From assembly GCA_951406725.2 (NCBI GenBank), contig OX597814.1, forward strand, positions 38,068,001 through 38,132,000: a stretch of 64,000 nucleotides of DNA, given 5' to 3'. A model generated the notes under the pieces. It was not told the DNA's origin. It saw only the letters and a list, made by a program, of their open reading frames with translations, and searched no databases. Source of the DNA: Octopus vulgaris (lineage: Eukaryota). This document shows positions 39,790 to 54,427 of the stretch, piece after piece. The translations under genes were made by a program, and so were the position numbers. The first letter of the stretch is position 1, and the number at the start of each line of letters is the position of its first letter.

Positions 39790-40620
39790 TAGAGGAAAAG
39801 GACAACAAAAACCAAGGCAAGACGAGTATCTGAAGTCATTTAATAATTTAAGATGGGTAAGGTGAATTTGAAGTCTTACAGCTGTTTCTGGGATATCCTA
39901 AGTGATAGCATAGTACATAAATGGTCCACGTTGGAATATATTACGAATAAATCCATTATTTCAACGTGAAAGCATCATTCAAAATACAGCCAAAATAGTG
40001 CCAGGATTTACCTAGGATTATACCTAAGGGCCTATATCATTACGTGAGTATAGCCCACCTGGAAAAAGATGAACTGTGAACTTTACTCCCTTGTCTGTAT
40101 TCTATCTACTTTTACTCGTTGTTCGAGTACCACATCGTCTCTTCAGTTTCGGCCGGTTACTCTCGAGACTGCGTTAATCTGGCCGACCCCAAGAAAATAT
40201 AAGCTAACAGCAGCAGATTCTTTGGAAGAAAGCAAGAGAGTGTATACAAAAACAAGGTCGGAAAAAATAACGGAGAAATGGTACAAAATTACAAATATAA
40301 CCAACAGGTGTGTTTCAAATAAGGACGAATTAAATTATGCTGGTGTGTGAAGAAGTGAAGCCTTACGGCAGGCACATATATGTAAGTTATGGGAAGGAAT
40401 ATAAGGGATGCTACACGGATGGTAGTCGAACCAAGAGAGAAAGGTCAGGCTTGGCCGAACATCAGTCACGTGGAAGGAGAGGAGAGTGGTTGTGGTAGAG
40501 GGATTGAAGAATCAGAGAGGGACAAGTAAGATAGAAAAAAGGAAAGGGACACAGTGAGGTAAAGGAGGCGGAGAAGTGGTGAGAATGAAAGAATGGCCAA
40601 GAAATGTAAAAGTTGGTGGG
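39790..40620 (-). mobile_element. Unclassified repeat-like sequence, possibly Penelope terminal-repeat derived
   Basis: Minus strand GAAACAGCTGTAAGAC (hammerhead 3' half) at 39873-39888; pyrimidine-rich minus-strand 5' part abutting a long (TA)n. Confidence 0.35.
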
Positions 40621-40622
40621 GT

Positions 40623-40767
<145 letters not shown>

Positions 40768-40769
40768 TA

Positions 40770-41300
40770 ATTATTGACGAAAATCATAGTGCCCACATCA
40801 ACAATACGATTGATATTGCTCGTAGGATGATCTCCTGGAAGCTAAGCACCTTCAGGCCCACAGAACAAAGTGTCATCATTCCTTTTTTTCTCTCCTTTGT
40901 ACGGTCACTACTCGAATACTGCTGCTCCTTGTGGACTGCCAATACAAAAAAAACATTTCGAATACTGGATCACCCCTGAGGTCATTCATTAAAAAAGTTA
41001 AGAGCATGACTGATTTCGATTTTTGGGGACGCCTTAAAGCATTGAAACTCTATTCTCTCCCGCGCCACCGTGAGCGGTGCATTATTTGCAGAGAATGTGG
41101 AGAACATACCACCTGCATTGCCCAAAGAGCCTCAACATTAGCTTCAAAATTCATCCAAGGCTAGGACCAAGTAACATATGCCCTCTACACAATTAAGGAT
41201 CGCAACACACAAGTAAACAGCAACACAATATCTTTTCCTCAACAGGCCCTGCCCTATTTAACATGGTCCCGAAGGAGATCCCAAAAAGAAAAACACCATA
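40770..41300 (+). mobile_element. CR1-type LINE ORF2 C-terminal remnant
   Basis: FVRSLLEYCCSLW (cf. LVRPHLEYCxxxW) and LRSFIKKVKSMTDFDFWGRLKALKLYSLPRHRER (cf. YxERLxxLxLYSLERRRER); frameshifted. Confidence 0.82.
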
Positions 41301-41649
41301 AAAAGAGCGTGGGTGTGGGTAACATTATATAGTAAAATTATTGTAGAAGTTCGGAACACATTATCTTATTTCGAACAAGTAATACCGCAAAACTTGTAAT
41401 GTACGTGAGCTCATAAGTATGCTTGTGTGAGTGTGTGCGTACATGCCTAGTGATAGGAGTAATAGTAGTAATAATGGACAATGATACCACAAAATTTCAC
41501 TTAAAATCCTATCAGGTGATGGTATTAAGTTAGACATGGCCTGGCACAATCTTTAGTCGGAACGTATCTAATTTATCAAAGACACATACACAAACACACA
41601 CACATAAGCACAGTCGCATATATATAAATATGTGTGTGTGTGTGCATGT

Positions 41650-41898
41650 GGAGGCGCCTGGCTTAGTGGTTAGTTTGCTGAACTCATGATCGTAAGGTTG
41701 TGTTTTCGATTCCTGGACCGTGCGATGTGTTGTCTTCTTGAGCAAAACAGTACATTTCACGATGCGCCAGTCCACTCAGCTGACAAAAATGAGTAATCTT
41801 GCTACGAACCGGTGTCCCGTCGAGGATTGGAATTTCTACGCCACTGAAATTGGGAAACCGGCGCTTATGAGCCTGGCATGAATCGAGAAGGAACATTA
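41650..41898 (+). mobile_element. SINE family C (tRNA head, V-domain-like tail)
   Basis: A box tggcttagtgg, B-box-like tttcgattcc, body cttgagcaaaac..ccagtccactcagctg..aaatgagt, tail gaaccggtgtcccgtc..ggaaaccgg. Confidence 0.8.
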
Positions 41899-42131
41899 TA
41901 TATATATATATATATAATTCAAATTCAGTAACGAGCTTTCAAGTAGTGATGCAGTATGACCATCTCAAGGAGTTTCATTTAATTGAAAAATGGAATCATT
42001 AAATGCAGTGCTGTCTTTAGCTGCACAGTTATGGAATCTCAAGAGACGAGGTACTTTAATATAATTTTTCTTAAATATTTTAAGAAATCAAGGGATTCAA
42101 CGAAATTCATGTTGTGGCTATTGTAGCAAGA

Positions 42132-42186
<55 letters not shown>

Positions 42187-42189
<3 letters not shown>

Positions 42190-42396
42190 TCTTACTCTTT
42201 ACTCTTTTACTTGTTTCAGTCATTTGACTGTGGCCATGCTGGAGCACCACCTTTAATCGAGCAACTCGACCCCGGGACTTATTCTTTTTGTAAGCCCAGT
42301 ACTTATTCAATCGGCTAAATAACGGGGACATAAACGCACCAGCATCGGTTGTCAAGCAATGCTAGGGGGACAAACAGAGACACACAAACACACACA

Positions 42397-42464
<68 letters not shown>

Positions 42465-42554
42465 TACGACGGGCTTCTTTCAGTTTCATTCTTCCAAATC
42501 CACTCACAAGGCTTTGGTCGGCCCGAGGCTATAGTAGAAGACACTTGCCCCAGG
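42187..42554 (-). mobile_element. SINE family A, low divergence, 5'-truncated at a (TA)n
   Basis: Close match to the family A tail and core, with an expanded internal (TA)n. Confidence 0.9.
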
Positions 42555-42584
42555 TATATATATATATTTATATATATATATATG

Positions 42585-43190
42585 GTGGATTCTCTCATCG
42601 AAGACAATGAATGAAGGTTCAGTAAATAACCTTCAACAATTTCTAAGCCCTGTGACACCGCATGTGCATCTTCATAAAAAATAAGGCCACATCGATGCGC
42701 CAAACCCCAGGTGTTATTGAGTGAAAATGGTATCCTGAACAACCGGCACTTTGACTTGTTTAAAGTGGTCATTGCTTGTGCAGAACAAAGCACACTCTCT
42801 CCATCGTATTAACATGGTCTGTACAGGTGCACGATGTGTCACACGTCAGATGATAAAACGATCGCAGGATTTTCTTGTAAGAGTGTTCCGTCTCCTAGAT
42901 CAATTCTGAGAGTCAACACTAAAGGGTCTGATCCATCCTGGTAGGCTTTCTGCGCGCCTGGGCACCATACCAGATATTTCTAGGTCCTCGCATTATACAG
43001 CCCTAAGACATTTATTGGATGGCCGTTGACTCTCAAGAGTTCCTCCGCCCTCGACGGGTTTTGTTTTTCATTCCGCAGGGTGTCCAATAAACAACCTCCT
43101 CACCAAGCAAGCTTGGTGGGGTTGCCGGTTTAGTCGCCGACGACCCGACTGGGTTACATTTTACCAGTAGCACTCGAAAGTGACGTGACA
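42585..43190. mobile_element. GC-richer unclassified repeat block between (TA)n tracts
   Basis: 42730-42850 (tcctgaacaaccggcac...ggtgcacgatgtgtcacacgtca) is similar to 63870-63992 (tcctgaacgaccagcac...gtgcactgtgtgccacacgtca), so at least that part is a dispersed repeat. Confidence 0.5.
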
Positions 43191-43354
43191 TATATATATA
43201 TGTATATATGTATGTATTTATATATATTATATAAATGAAAATCGTATAAACAAACGACGTAACATCAACTAAATGTAAAAATGAACGACAGCCAGCCAGA
43301 AGGTTTGTAATTTTTCATCGGTTATTGACCAATTGTTAATATTCAGCTTCGCGT

Positions 43355-43591
43355 TCTTTTAGTCTTTTACTTGTTTCAACGATCTGATTGCGACATCGCT
43401 GGAGCAACACCTTCAAGGGTTTTATGTCAAACAAATTAACCTCAAGACTTATTTCTTACGCCTAGTGCCTATTGTGACCGTCACATAAGCCGAAGTGAAC
43501 AGTTACTGGGACCTAAAATCAACAGCAATCGGGAACGAGAGTGCATATACATACACAATGACACCCACACTTACGAACATACATATATGTA

Positions 43592-43623
<32 letters not shown>

Positions 43624-43845
43624 CGTGTATTTATAAAAGTGCATTTTTGCGTCTGTGTCTCCCCCCCCGCCTACGAAGTTTACATCACCGTAACTTATCG
43701 GTTGAGCAAAATGTACCGATAGAATAAGTATCAGAGTTATAAAGAATAATTCCTGGGGTTCGATTCCTTCGATTAAAAAGCCATGGGAAGTGGTGCTCCA
43801 GCATGACGACAATCAAATAACTGAACCATGTTAAGGAATGAATTA
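43355..43845. mobile_element. Two SINE family A tails in opposite orientation (43355-43560 minus, 43655-43845 plus)
   Basis: ttttacttgtttca..gctggagca..gacttatt on the left; ccgtaactta..gatagaataagta..ggtgctccagcatg on the right. Confidence 0.75.
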
Positions 43846-43846
43846 A

Positions 43847-43880
<34 letters not shown>

Positions 43881-43904
43881 GGAGAGAGAGAGAGAGAGAG
43901 AGAG

Positions 43905-43961
<57 letters not shown>

Positions 43962-44213
43962 TATAGATAGATAGATAGCACCGGGCGCTCGCGAGCTTTC
44001 ATGTAAGAACATGGGTGATGGTGGGGGCAACATTATATAGAAAGATTATTGTTGAAAGTCTAAACGCGTTATCCTTTTCGGTCGATGATTCGAACTCGTA
44101 ACGACTTAAAAACATGTAAATTTATTTATTTAAGTACGTCTGCCCATATCTAAGATTGCAGATTTATATGTTTGTGTGAGTGTGTTTGTATGTTTGTGTG
44201 CACATGTGTAAAG

Positions 44214-44415
<202 letters not shown>

Positions 44416-44738
44416 GGAGGACGACAGTCTGTGAATATCTGCACCCGATTGCATAGACATTTGAAACGATTATAGAAATCACATATGTGTGCGCGTTGAG
44501 GAGGGACAGTGGCCGTGTGACTCTGTGTGTGTGTGTGTGTGCGAAAGACAGAATTTGCGAATGCACGTGTCCGTGCGATTGTATCTGCTTGTTCGTGTGT
44601 TTTTCTGTGTGTTGTATGCATCAATGAACTCTTCCTTTCAGTAATGTAAATATTGTCTGTGCATGTAACTAGATATTTACATGTGCTTATGTATTTATCA
44701 CACCATGTATATGCGTGTTCCGTGTGTGCATGTGCGTA

Positions 44739-44787
<49 letters not shown>

Positions 44788-44922
44788 CTCGCTTTATATA
44801 TAAATACACATACATACACATATATAAATATATTTACATATATATGCATATGTATATACAACAAAATTCTCTCTGTCTCTCTCTCTCTATATATATATAT
44901 GTGTATGTATGTATATATATAC

Positions 44923-44974
<52 letters not shown>

Positions 44975-46176
44975 CTGTGTGTGTGTGCATGTGCATATAG
45001 TATGTATGTATGCATTTTTTATGTATATATGTGGTAGTAACATGCTGTAAGTGAACGTTTACTCTGGCGATAAATCCCACAAACGTTCACACTGGATTCC
45101 ACCTATCCCTTTCCGTGTTTCAGTTTTTCCTGTATTTTTCTCTCATGCATAATTTTACAAATTTTCGTTCATTCATTGAAGCATACCTATACATGTATTA
45201 AAGTCAGCCACTGGAAGCTCATACATACATTCATTCATCAATAGTACGCTCATTCACAAATATTCGTCCATATGTCACAAAACACTCGCATAATATAAGC
45301 ATGCATATTGTTTTGTATTTGGTTTCCTATACAAGGTTGCATACTAACAGGCACAGATGCATCAACGGAGTGAGAGAGTGAGAGAGAGAGATAGAGAGAG
45401 TGACACAGGGAAATTGAGACAGAGAAAGAGAGAGAGAGACGTACACACATACATCTACACTCATACACGTACGTACATACTTTCACACTCTTGCACACAC
45501 AACGCGCTCTTTTCAAATACGCATCCACAGACACACAAACACGTGTGCATTGATGCTCAATCATCCAACCATCCGTATAAACAAACTTACACAAGCAAGC
45601 AAGTCACATGTGTAGTCCAGACAAGCGAGCAAGCGTAAATAAGTCTAGTATCTATACACCTAGAGTCAAGCAGAATAATTTCTGCTGCTTCCAGTATATT
45701 TTGTTTACACAGTTCAAAATACCGGTTCCTTTCACTCATAGAAGGATACAACTCTGCACTCACTTTCAATGATTGATACACTAATATATTCCTAATGGGC
45801 CTGCTATAAATACTCGCATGACCCAGCATCATATCAACAAATGCAGAATCATCGCCCCTTTTATTGGTATTTACCTTTTATCACTGCACTTATATTAATG
45901 CTATATCACTAGATCTCTGGCATTTTTCCTAAGGTCTCCTATATTCTATACAAATCAACATCACACATAGATATAAACTTTTTTTTATTATTTCTTTATT
46001 CCATGAAATGACTCTCTCTCAATTTGTGTCTTCCTTTCTTTCTCATTCTTCGACCGACTCACTCTCTCTCTCTCTCTTTCTCGATCTCTATCTCACTCTT
46101 ACTCTTTCTGTCATAAATTCTCAACTTTTCCTTAAACAGCTATCCGTTATATCTTTTCAGTGATGAGTAGTTTATC

Positions 46177-46238
<62 letters not shown>

Positions 46239-46513
46239 TACACCCTTCTTCTTTCTCTATTTCTCTCCTTTTATACGTACACCCCCACACACAAATATAT
46301 ATATACATATACTTATATGTACATATGCATATATATATATATATATATAAATATAAATATGCATACATATACATATATATAGAAATACATATACATGGAT
46401 GTATGCTATATTTTTCAGGTAACTTGTGTGGGTAAATATATATATATATATACATAAGTGTGTGTGTTCATGCGTGTGTGCATATATAATACACAAACAC
46501 ACGCACACATATG

Positions 46514-46545
<32 letters not shown>

Positions 46546-46624
46546 AATATATATATACGTACATATATATGTGGATATATGTGTATGTGTGTATGTTTTT
46601 ACACACACACACACACACACGCAC

Positions 46625-46661
<37 letters not shown>

Positions 46662-46680
46662 GGTGTGTGTGTATGTATGA

Positions 46681-46845
46681 ATACGACTGGCTTCTTTCAA
46701 TTTCCATCATCCAAATCAACTCAGAAGGCTTTGGTTTGCACGAAGCTATACTAGAATACACCTACCCAAGGTGCCACGCAGTGGGAGTGAACCCGGAATC
46801 ATGTGGTTTGGAAGTTAGCTTCTTACCACACAGCCACGCCTGCAC
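46681..46845 (-). mobile_element. SINE family A head only
   Basis: acgactggcttctttc..ccaaggtgccacgcagtggga..cttaccacacagccacgcctgcacc. Confidence 0.82.
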
Positions 46846-46859
46846 CTGTGTATATACCG

Positions 46860-46874
46860 GTATATGATATATAA

Positions 46875-46933
<59 letters not shown>

Positions 46934-47250
46934 TATATTATACTTATATATATATATATATATTATACGTATATATATATATATATATAATATTCTTATT
47001 TATATATATATATGATATACTTATATATATATTTATATATATATATATATATATATAATATACTTATATATATACATATATATATATATACATATATATA
47101 TATAATACCTATATATAAAGAATATATATGTAATATACTTATATATATAATATATATATACATATAAATATGTTTATATATATATATATGTATAATAAAT
47201 ATATATATATATATGTAATAAATATATATAATATTTTTATTTATATTTAT
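46860..47250. repeat. Degenerate (TA)n-rich low-complexity tract
   Basis: ~390 bp composed almost entirely of A/T. Confidence 0.95.
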
Positions 47251-47898
47251 GTGTGAATGACTAAGGTTTACAAAATCTCTAACTTATTAATGACACAACC
47301 ATTTACGCACCGTAGTAAACATAGATAATGTTCGTAATCTATGTTTATCTATTTATCATCATAATTTGTATAGTCTATCCTCACCATCAGTTCAAAGAAT
47401 CCAAATATATTCTGGTATAGATCTCCATAGAACAAATATTTGGTTACCCATTTATTGGTTTATTTATAGGTAAATAATATTAGCGAGTGTAATGTTTAAA
47501 AAAAAAGGAAAACAATTATCTTTTGTCTTTACAGCCCCAAACCACACAAAAAAATAAAATAAATAAATAAATAAAAATCATTATCTTCCGTCTTCACTTT
47601 TAAAACAAAAAGCAGTTTTCTCTATCTCTGTATCGCTCTCTTTTTCTCTTTCCCTCTCGTTCTCTCTTTGTCTCTCTCGCTCCCTCTCCCTTTCTCTATT
47701 TTTCTTTCTCTCTGAGCTCTGATTGTGAATCTAACATATCAATATGTTTTTATATAGAATTGTATTTCTATGTGTTGTGTATATAATTATATATATACAC
47801 ACAATCATAATATATTAAAGAACACTCTATACGTATATTTAGTACTATAAGTCATCGATTCGGGTGAACCAAAACAGATTTATGTGTGTGTATGCACA

Positions 47899-47949
<51 letters not shown>

Positions 47950-47969
47950 ATATATATAAATATATATAA

Positions 47970-48023
<54 letters not shown>

Positions 48024-48527
48024 GTATATATGTGTACTAATATATATATGTCTGTATATTTGTATATAATTATGTATATATCGATATGAATGGTGGATGG
48101 ATGTTTTGTAAATAAAGAGAATATAAATGGAACACACACACACACACACAGACACATATATATAAACGCATACCTGCTTACATGCATGCATACGTATACC
48201 TATATATATATGTGTGTGTGTGTGTGTATGTGTGTGTGTGTGCTAGCATACATGCACATGGCTATAGAAAGAAAATAATGTAATCGTATTCTTCATAACT
48301 TTCAGGTAATATTCCAAAATCTATTTAAACGACAGTCATTTTAAGAAAAATAATTGGGGATTACCAGGTGAATGATCGGATACGTGTAACTCGGAGTAAT
48401 GACATCTAATGCCTTTCAGGTATAATAGTTTAATGAACAGCCTACACTTTCTGTAAATAATTGCTTCTCCTTGAAGCAACACACACGCATGCGCGCACAC
48501 AAACATACACACATATGTATATATGTG

Positions 48528-48573
<46 letters not shown>

Positions 48574-48584
48574 AACATATACAC

Positions 48585-48642
<58 letters not shown>

Positions 48643-49355
48643 AATCATATGAGCGACCATATATATATATATATACGCATACATACATACATATATATGT
48701 ATGGACAGAGGTCTAGATATGTCCAGGTATATACTTATGTATAGACACTCACACACGCGCACACACGTACAAACACATTACTATACTGCGAAGTTTGATT
48801 CCGTCGTCTTTTCCTGTTTACTCTTTTACCTGACGTTCCATTACCTTATTGCATCTCTAATATCGTGGCTGTCTTGGGGTGGTTCCAGTTAATGTCGTTG
48901 CAACTTTTAGAAATGAGATAATAGGTGGCGCGACTCTAGTAAAGCCGGTACTGGTCCGTTTGGCTGACTACCTTCACTGGTTGAACACCAGTTTATTTAC
49001 TCTACCGCTGTTACTGCTACTATACATGAAGACTGAGACACAGACTTCTAAGAGAGATTCTAATCTCTTACTGTCACTACCACCGTAACTACTACAAAAG
49101 CATTCGCACACTAACGTACCGTGACTACTGCTACTACTACTATTGGAACCGCTGTGTAGCACAACAGCATGTGCAAGCTCTTTTTTCCGGGAGAAAAATC
49201 TACGAAGAATTCCGTGTTCGACTTGTAAAAGTATTCGCCTCACTCTGTTTCATAACAGCCCTGGGATCTACTTTCGTTATGCTTATACATTGATATCTAT
49301 CTACCTATTTTTTTCTCTTTCTCTCTTCCTTTAAAGTTCTACCTACCTTTATACT

Positions 49356-49421
<66 letters not shown>

Positions 49422-51029
49422 CATACATACATACATACATACATACATACATACATACATACGTGTATATATATATATATGTATATATATATTTATATTT
49501 ATATATATATATATGACAACGGTATTATCAACAAAGTACAGCTGGAAAGTGATGTTGAGTTTTCTGTATACTCAATACCAATTGACTATGTTTTGTTATC
49601 ATTGATTTTGTTGTTGTTTCATAGGCTAAAGCAAAATTATCTTTCTGTATATCAAACACACATACACAAAATCTTACGTACACACATACAGATACACATT
49701 TTTACGTCTATAACATATACCGACATCTATACTCACGCACACACACACAAACACGCACACATGTATATATACAATTACAAAAGTAAACATAATTTATCAG
49801 CAACAACAGATAATATGTTGTCAATTAATACAAGTTCACACGAGCAAACACCCTTCAGCAACACTATTTGTATTTGCATAAAATCGGGATTTTACTAATT
49901 TGCTGATCATCATTTTGAGTTCACATTAATAATATTAGTCACATATCAATGAATATTTAGATAAATATATTCGCACGCACATGCATACCCAAATATGCAA
50001 GTACATACATGGTTATTTATATATATATATATATAAATAAATTCATATATAACTACAGTAAATAATATATGAAGTCGTATACTAGCAGATATACATATAC
50101 ATTGGCATACGTTTAAATTTTTACACATAGGGTCATATGAGTGCTTATATACACGCATGTAACATATGAAAAACATAGCACACCTTTATTTAGAAAAAAA
50201 ATTGTAAAATAATAAGAAATATACTTCATAAAAAGAAAGCTTTAAAACCAGCTGTACTCATTGACAATCTCTATTATTACTAGTGTGTGTGTGTGTGTGT
50301 ATATGGCATATACTTAGATTTTATATACATATATGCATACATAGATAAAAATATACTTACATAGTTATATACATACGCATATTTATGCATATACACACAC
50401 GCACACATTTTTATAACGCAGCCTTAATGCAAAATTATGTTTAAATGAAAATAAAATTGATAATAATATTAAATATAGTAATAATATTAAAATACAAAAC
50501 AAAAAAAGGTTGAAGGAACAAAAATTATCAATCTGGATATTCTACCTGGCCGAAGTGAAATTTTAATGCAGTGAAGTTACAAGACAAAGGTAAAGTTTAT
50601 AATGCATTTATCTTATAACGTAATATCTCTCCTATTTCATAATACTTTTTAACAAATGGGGTCGCATTCTACTGGATATAATCCTACAAACAACCGATGC
50701 TCTTATAGATGTAGGTCTCACAATCTTTGTTCTATATATTGCATTTCTTTACATCCTTTTGATTTCAATTTATCTTAATGTTGAAGTGAAAGAATTCTAA
50801 GCAGTGTGTTTTCAAACAGTGACATACACTCTAATACAAAATAACGGACCAAATTGCCAGCAGCATCCGTTTCCTTAGTGTACGTTTATAGATTCATATC
50901 CCATCAGCAGTCGATCTTCAACTTATGATACTAGTCTCGATAAAATATATACCTGCAATACACCGTTGAATTATGCATATACATATGTGCATTATATACA
51001 CACATACATATATATACATATACATATAC

Positions 51030-51114
<85 letters not shown>

Positions 51115-52049
51115 TATATATACATATATATATATATACATATGCATATGCACATATATTAGATATGCACCTTCACCGGAAAATTCTTGGCTACGTGCCA
51201 AAGTGGAAAACTAATGTTTTATAAACAATACAATCTCATCCAGTTTCCGATGTTCCTCAATCTCTCCTTCTAAGTCTGCATCTGTCCTTCTATAACTTTC
51301 TTTCTTTCGCTCCTCCCCTCTCTGCCAATCAGTCACACATCCTGTCTTTCTTATTCTCTCTCTCTCTCGCTCGCTCTTGAAACAGTCTCTCTTTCTCTTT
51401 AAATTGCTGTTTTAACACATGAATTTACACAAACAATTTTCACATTCGTTTACTCTCTATTCTAGCAAGACACATACCAACACACAGACATACCCAATAT
51501 CGCGAGCACACACGCTCACGTAACAAGTTTATAGGTAGAGTCTGCTAGAAATACCAGCTATGTACATCCCAAAGCCCTCATGATGCTTTGAAAATTTAGT
51601 GCACATTGAATAATAGGAGATTATTATTTAAATCTGAGCGAGGTATAGTTCACGAGATTATTTTTAATTCTTAAAAATCAAAAAAGATCGGTGGTCAATA
51701 AGACGATGGGTCTACGTGATTTAAGGTTTAATAGGTTTAAACAACGGCAGCAGCAACGTACACACAAGATAGAGAAGCACAATTTCTCTCGGCACATCTA
51801 TTATGATTATAACTGAGCTATCCCAGGTCAACTCAAATGTTAAAAGAAGAATAAGAAATTATGAATAAAATTCTGTTGATTGTTTTCGGAGTAAACATTC
51901 CCGTGACATATCTATGGTCCTGTCTTTGCTGATACAGCTAAGCAATAAAAAGAACAAAAAAAAAAAACGAGCTATGTGAACAAACAGAACCATGGGTGGG
52001 ATTTTGTTGGGGGCCATTAATATTATTTATAATATTAATGATTTAATGC

Positions 52050-52130
52050 TTAACCACCAAAGTTTGACAACAACGTCTGGGACAGATTAGATCAATATGT
52101 GTGGGACTACGTGAAAATATGTGATAATCG
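52050..52130 (+). mobile_element. Possible Tc1/mariner-superfamily transposase trace
   Basis: *PPKFDNNVWDRLDQYVWDYVK resembles the WPPxSPDLNPIENVW / LDYFLWGYVK region; very short. Confidence 0.25.
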
Positions 52131-52249
52131 GAATAGCGGAAGCTCACAAAAATAATTAAGCCAGGAATGATTTACAAAATCGTCGTAGGGGTGAACAATT
52201 AATAGTTTTTAAATTAAGAAGGTCGAAAATTTTGAGCGTAGGGCATTGT

Positions 52250-52425
52250 TGATTCAACAGGCACCGATGCTGAAATGGTACTTTATTTTATCGCTTCTTC
52301 GAAAAAACTGAAAGGCGAGGCTCACTACGGCTGATTTAAAATCAGGACTTAAAGTGACGGATGCAGTACCGGAAGGTATTTTGTTCGACATTTTCATCAT
52401 CTGCCAGTATGCCACTTGGCTAGAA
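52250..52425 (-). mobile_element. Very degenerate SINE family B
   Basis: tggtactttattttatcg..gaaaggcgag..cggctgatttaaaatcag..tctgccag. Confidence 0.5.
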
Positions 52426-54039
52426 TTTATAGGCAATGTGGTGTTGCATTTCTATTCTGATTTCGTTTCCTTCCAGTCGAGCATTTAATCGATTGGGTCA
52501 TTGTTTTTCTCTTAGAATTTGGGGGGAACTCCTTTGGGCCTTATGTTTTCTTTGCAAATTGTACTTGTCTTCGGACTGGGCTCATTCTTATTTGTACATG
52601 TTTAGGGCACTATTTTTCTGATATTTTCGATAGCTTTCAAACTGTCTACAACTTATTCCTTGCTCCTCGACATGATGGGGTGGTAATAATGCAGATGTTT
52701 TTCGGTCAGCTCTGTGCTGCGTGTTGGGCTCCAAGTTTGCTCGGTTCCGTTTGCTATTGTTCGTTTTCGGTGCTTGAGAACTGGTATAGATTTATCCATC
52801 TATTTTATCAACTGCAAATTGTGGTGCTCTAGAGCGGACAATAACTAGAGAGCCGTTGATGTTTCTACCTTTGTTATTTATTTTCTTATGTGTTCTTTAC
52901 TCTAGCGCTTCTCCTACTCTAAGCAAATACAGCTCAATTATCTCCTAGTGTTATTCTTGTAACAGCTGATCCTTCTGCTCTGGGTCCCCGCTCTGATTCT
53001 TTTCCGATTTGATTCCCCATTCGTGTACAGCACGAGCCAGCCTTAGCATTTTCGGAGCTTATCAAAAATTGATTTTTCATGTAGAATCCAACCGAACACA
53101 TGTTATTGCATGTTGTATATCATGCTCAGCCTCAGACACAACCATCTCAAAGATGACGGCAAGACAATGGTCAACGTCAATACCAGAGTCTCTTCTGCAC
53201 AGCTTTTCTTTCGTTTTCTATTTTTTTTGTGAAAACTCTCTGTAAACAGGTGTTTAAAACCCGAAGATCTCATGCATATAAAAACGTCCTGAAACATAAT
53301 AACTGCACATACATATCTATGTCCTAACCCATACCATCAAATAAACTGCGAATTATATAATAGACAAGCATTTGTGTAATACACCAAGTGGTTTGTATAT
53401 AAAAGAATAAACCTTTCTTCAAAAAACAGAGGTAGGTCACTTTCCACTCTGCCGTTGGGAGTAAGAACTCTCAGGTTTTTGTGTCACACCTCTCTCACTT
53501 TTACACGCTTTCTTTCTGGGATCCGTTCCTTGTCTAGCATCCCGCAAAGCGATGTCATAGTTTTGTTTATAAATTTATGAAAGCTAGCACTTATTCATAC
53601 GTATATATTAAAAAAGTAAATATATATGTTCACTACTAGTTCTGCTTGTTCAACGGTTACCTTTTATTTCTGAACACCTTTTCTTCTTTTTATTTTCACT
53701 TTAGTTTACGATAATTGCATAATTTTGGGAACATATTGATTGATTCTAAATTTAATGTAAGTATTTTGTTTTGCTCCTCCAAAATTATGTGCACTAAATT
53801 TCTGGAAAACACTTGTTTACCAAAAAAAAAAGAAAAAAGAAAAGTATAAGAACATTATTCAACGACAAACTGTCTTTTTCCAGCTCAACGTACAAGCGTT
53901 TGAAATTAGTTAGTAAAAAAACAAAAACAAAAACATAAACGAAAAATTAAATATTCATTTCCAACAAATTAATTGTACAAACTCCAATTTGGCGCACAAT
54001 TACGAGCTCTGTTGCTCGCATCTACTGACCACAAAAATA

Positions 54040-54045
54040 GTAGTT

Positions 54046-54096
<51 letters not shown>

Positions 54097-54341
54097 ATGG
54101 TTTCAACTTTTGGCACAAGGGTGAGCAAGTTTCGAGGTAGGACTAAGTCGATTAGATCGACCCCAGTGTTCATCAGATACATATTTTATCATCCCAAGAA
54201 AGATGGAAGGCAAAGTCGACCTCGGTGACATTTGAACTCACAACGTGAAAAGGGACCAAATGCCGCTAAGCATTTAGCCAGGCGTGCAAATAATTCTGCC
54301 AGCTCGTCGACTTAATAATAACAATAATAATGATAATAATA

Positions 54342-54427
<86 letters not shown>

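Noticed and set aside
41650-41720. tRNA genes here and at 58450-58516, 56230-56300 and 16040-16125
   Set aside because: A/B boxes are present, but there is no complete cloverleaf or acceptor stem, and each continues into a multi-copy SINE body
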